Both the position numbers and the translations under genes were made by a program. Of a DNA stretch of 64,000 bases, positions 63,038 to 64,000 are shown piece after piece (position 1 is the first letter of the stretch; the number at the start of each line of letters is the position of its first letter). Source of the stretch: Vicinamibacterales bacterium (GTDB lineage Bacteria > Acidobacteriota > Vicinamibacteria > Vicinamibacterales > 2-12-FULL-66-21); the NCBI GenBank assembly GCA_035463475.1, contig DATHTE010000014.1:2750-66749 (forward strand), in the 5' to 3' direction. The notes below the pieces were generated by a model that saw only the letters and a program-made list of their open reading frames with translations, was not told the DNA's origin and ran no database searches.

Positions 63038-64000
63038 TCAGAACGTGTACCGGACGGCCAACTCGACCTGCCGCGACGGCGCGTTGATGTTCGGCAGGAG
63101 CTGCCCGGGCTGGCCGAACAGCGGCCGCCCCTGCGGATCGTTGCCGGCGCCGATGTTGACGTTGTTCATCTGGAAGTTCGCGCGGTCGAAGATGTTGAAC
63201 AGCTGCGCGATGAACTCCACCCGGTGCTGCCCCGCGAAGCTGAAGAACTTCGACACGCGCAGATCGACGTTCGCGAAACCCGGACACGACACCTCCGACA
63301 CCGTCGTCAGGTTGCGCGACGTTCGATAGGCATTCACGGCGTCCAGATTCAGGCCGCGACAGCCTGAGCCGACCGCCACGCCCGGCGGCAGATCGCCGAT
63401 GTAGCCGTCCGTGTCGAGGTCGACCGACGTGGATGGGAAGAACGGCAGCGACGATCGGAAGTCGCCGATCGCCGAAACCTGCACCTGCCCGGGCAGCGCG
63501 ACGATGCCGCTCACCACGAGCCGATGCCGTCGGTCCGCCGTGGCGGGCCGCTTCACCTTCAGGTAGCCGTACGCGTCAGGGGCGGTATTCGTCAGCGCGT
63601 CGTCCTCTGACTGGCTCAACGTGTACGACACGAGGTACTGGTAGCTGTTGCTCATGCGCTTCTCCAGCTTCAGGAGCAGCGCCTTGTACGTGTTGTCCGC
63701 CGACGATTCCAGGAACGTCACCCGACCGAACTGGGGAAACGGTTTGACGCGGCTCACCTGATCCGGCAGGTTGGGATCGACGTCGAGACGGTCGGAGTAG
63801 CGCCAGACAAACGTGCCATCGGCCGTCAGGCCGATGTTGCGGGTCAGTTGACGGCTGATGCCGACGTTTGCCTGGTGGGCGTACGGATTCACGAAGTCGC
63901 TGCTGTTCACGATGATGTTCGGCGGCGCCGCGGACAGAAACTGATCGCGCGACCGCCCCTGGAACGGATCCGGGTACGATGGGCGCGGGATCGTGATCGG
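63038..64000 (-). CDS. TonB-dependent receptor, C-terminal beta-barrel part (gene continues beyond the right edge)
   Basis: The frame is open to the window end. Beta-barrel-type sequence ends in the terminal aromatic motif QVELAVRYTF. Confidence 0.7.
   Translation of the reverse strand, partial: PITIPRPSYPDPFQGRSRDQFLSAAPPNIIVNSSDFVNPYAHQANVGISRQLTRNIGLTADGTFVWRYSDRLDVDPNLPDQVSRVKPFPQFGRVTFLESSADNTYKALLLKLEKRMSNSYQYLVSYTLSQSEDDALTNTAPDAYGYLKVKRPATADRRHRLVVSGIVALPGQVQVSAIGDFRSSLPFFPSTSVDLDTDGYIGDLPPGVAVGSGCRGLNLDAVNAYRTSRNLTTVSEVSCPGFANVDLRVSKFFSFAGQHRVEFIAQLFNIFDRANFQMNNVNIGAGNDPQGRPLFGQPGQLLPNINAPSRQVELAVRYTF

Overview
The window is 64 kb of visibly GC-rich bacterial chromosome, roughly two-thirds G+C by eye. 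It is densely packed with about 65 genes and has many 1-4 nt start/stop overlaps. From the repeat families and gene content I infer an Acidobacteriota-like genome, but this is not tested. I see no prophage, integron, CRISPR array or recognisable defence island.

Most of the content is housekeeping:
- tRNA-Arg(ACG) and a GH3 hexosaminidase
- Molybdenum-cofactor genes (moaB/moeA, plus a MoeB-rhodanese fusion)
- An Fe/Mn superoxide dismutase and nadA
- Scattered futalosine-pathway menaquinone genes (mqnE-like, mqnD-like, ubiE/menG)
- A cobalamin-riboswitch-controlled TonB receptor with a BtuDCF-like ABC importer
- A long Rrf2-sufA-sufBCDS-sufU-sufT operon followed by a second cysteine desulfurase
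- rmuC, and queC/queD
- A nagA-ROK pair and deoxyhypusine-synthase-like, fabI and pxpA genes
- A metal cluster of multicopper oxidase, ZIP transporter and cupredoxin, facing a DtxR/MntR-family regulator
- A sigma54 activator next to an S8 protease, and an HD-GYP/GAF/GGDEF signalling protein

The points most worth follow-up:
1. Two thioredoxin-fold genes each carry an in-frame TGA exactly at the first Cys of the CxxC redox motif. One is PRX_like2 with W-U-P-N-C, the other Grx/NrdH-like with U-H-A-C. Both are candidate selenoproteins that ORF callers split or truncate.
2. A REP-like family of GGGGTC(A/T)GACCCC hairpin pairs occurs several times. Two copies sit in-frame inside coding sequences, and one supplies a gene's C-terminus.
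3. An 802-aa PilT-family protein has degenerate Asp and His boxes, a novel N-terminal domain and a 36-bp tandem-repeat linker.
4. A DtxR-family regulator ORF runs without a stop codon into a signal peptide and an outer-membrane beta-barrel module.
5. There are unusual GGTTC/GAACC heptamer arrays and ATCGG repeat tracts in intergenic regions.

All functional calls come from motif recognition by eye. No searches were run.
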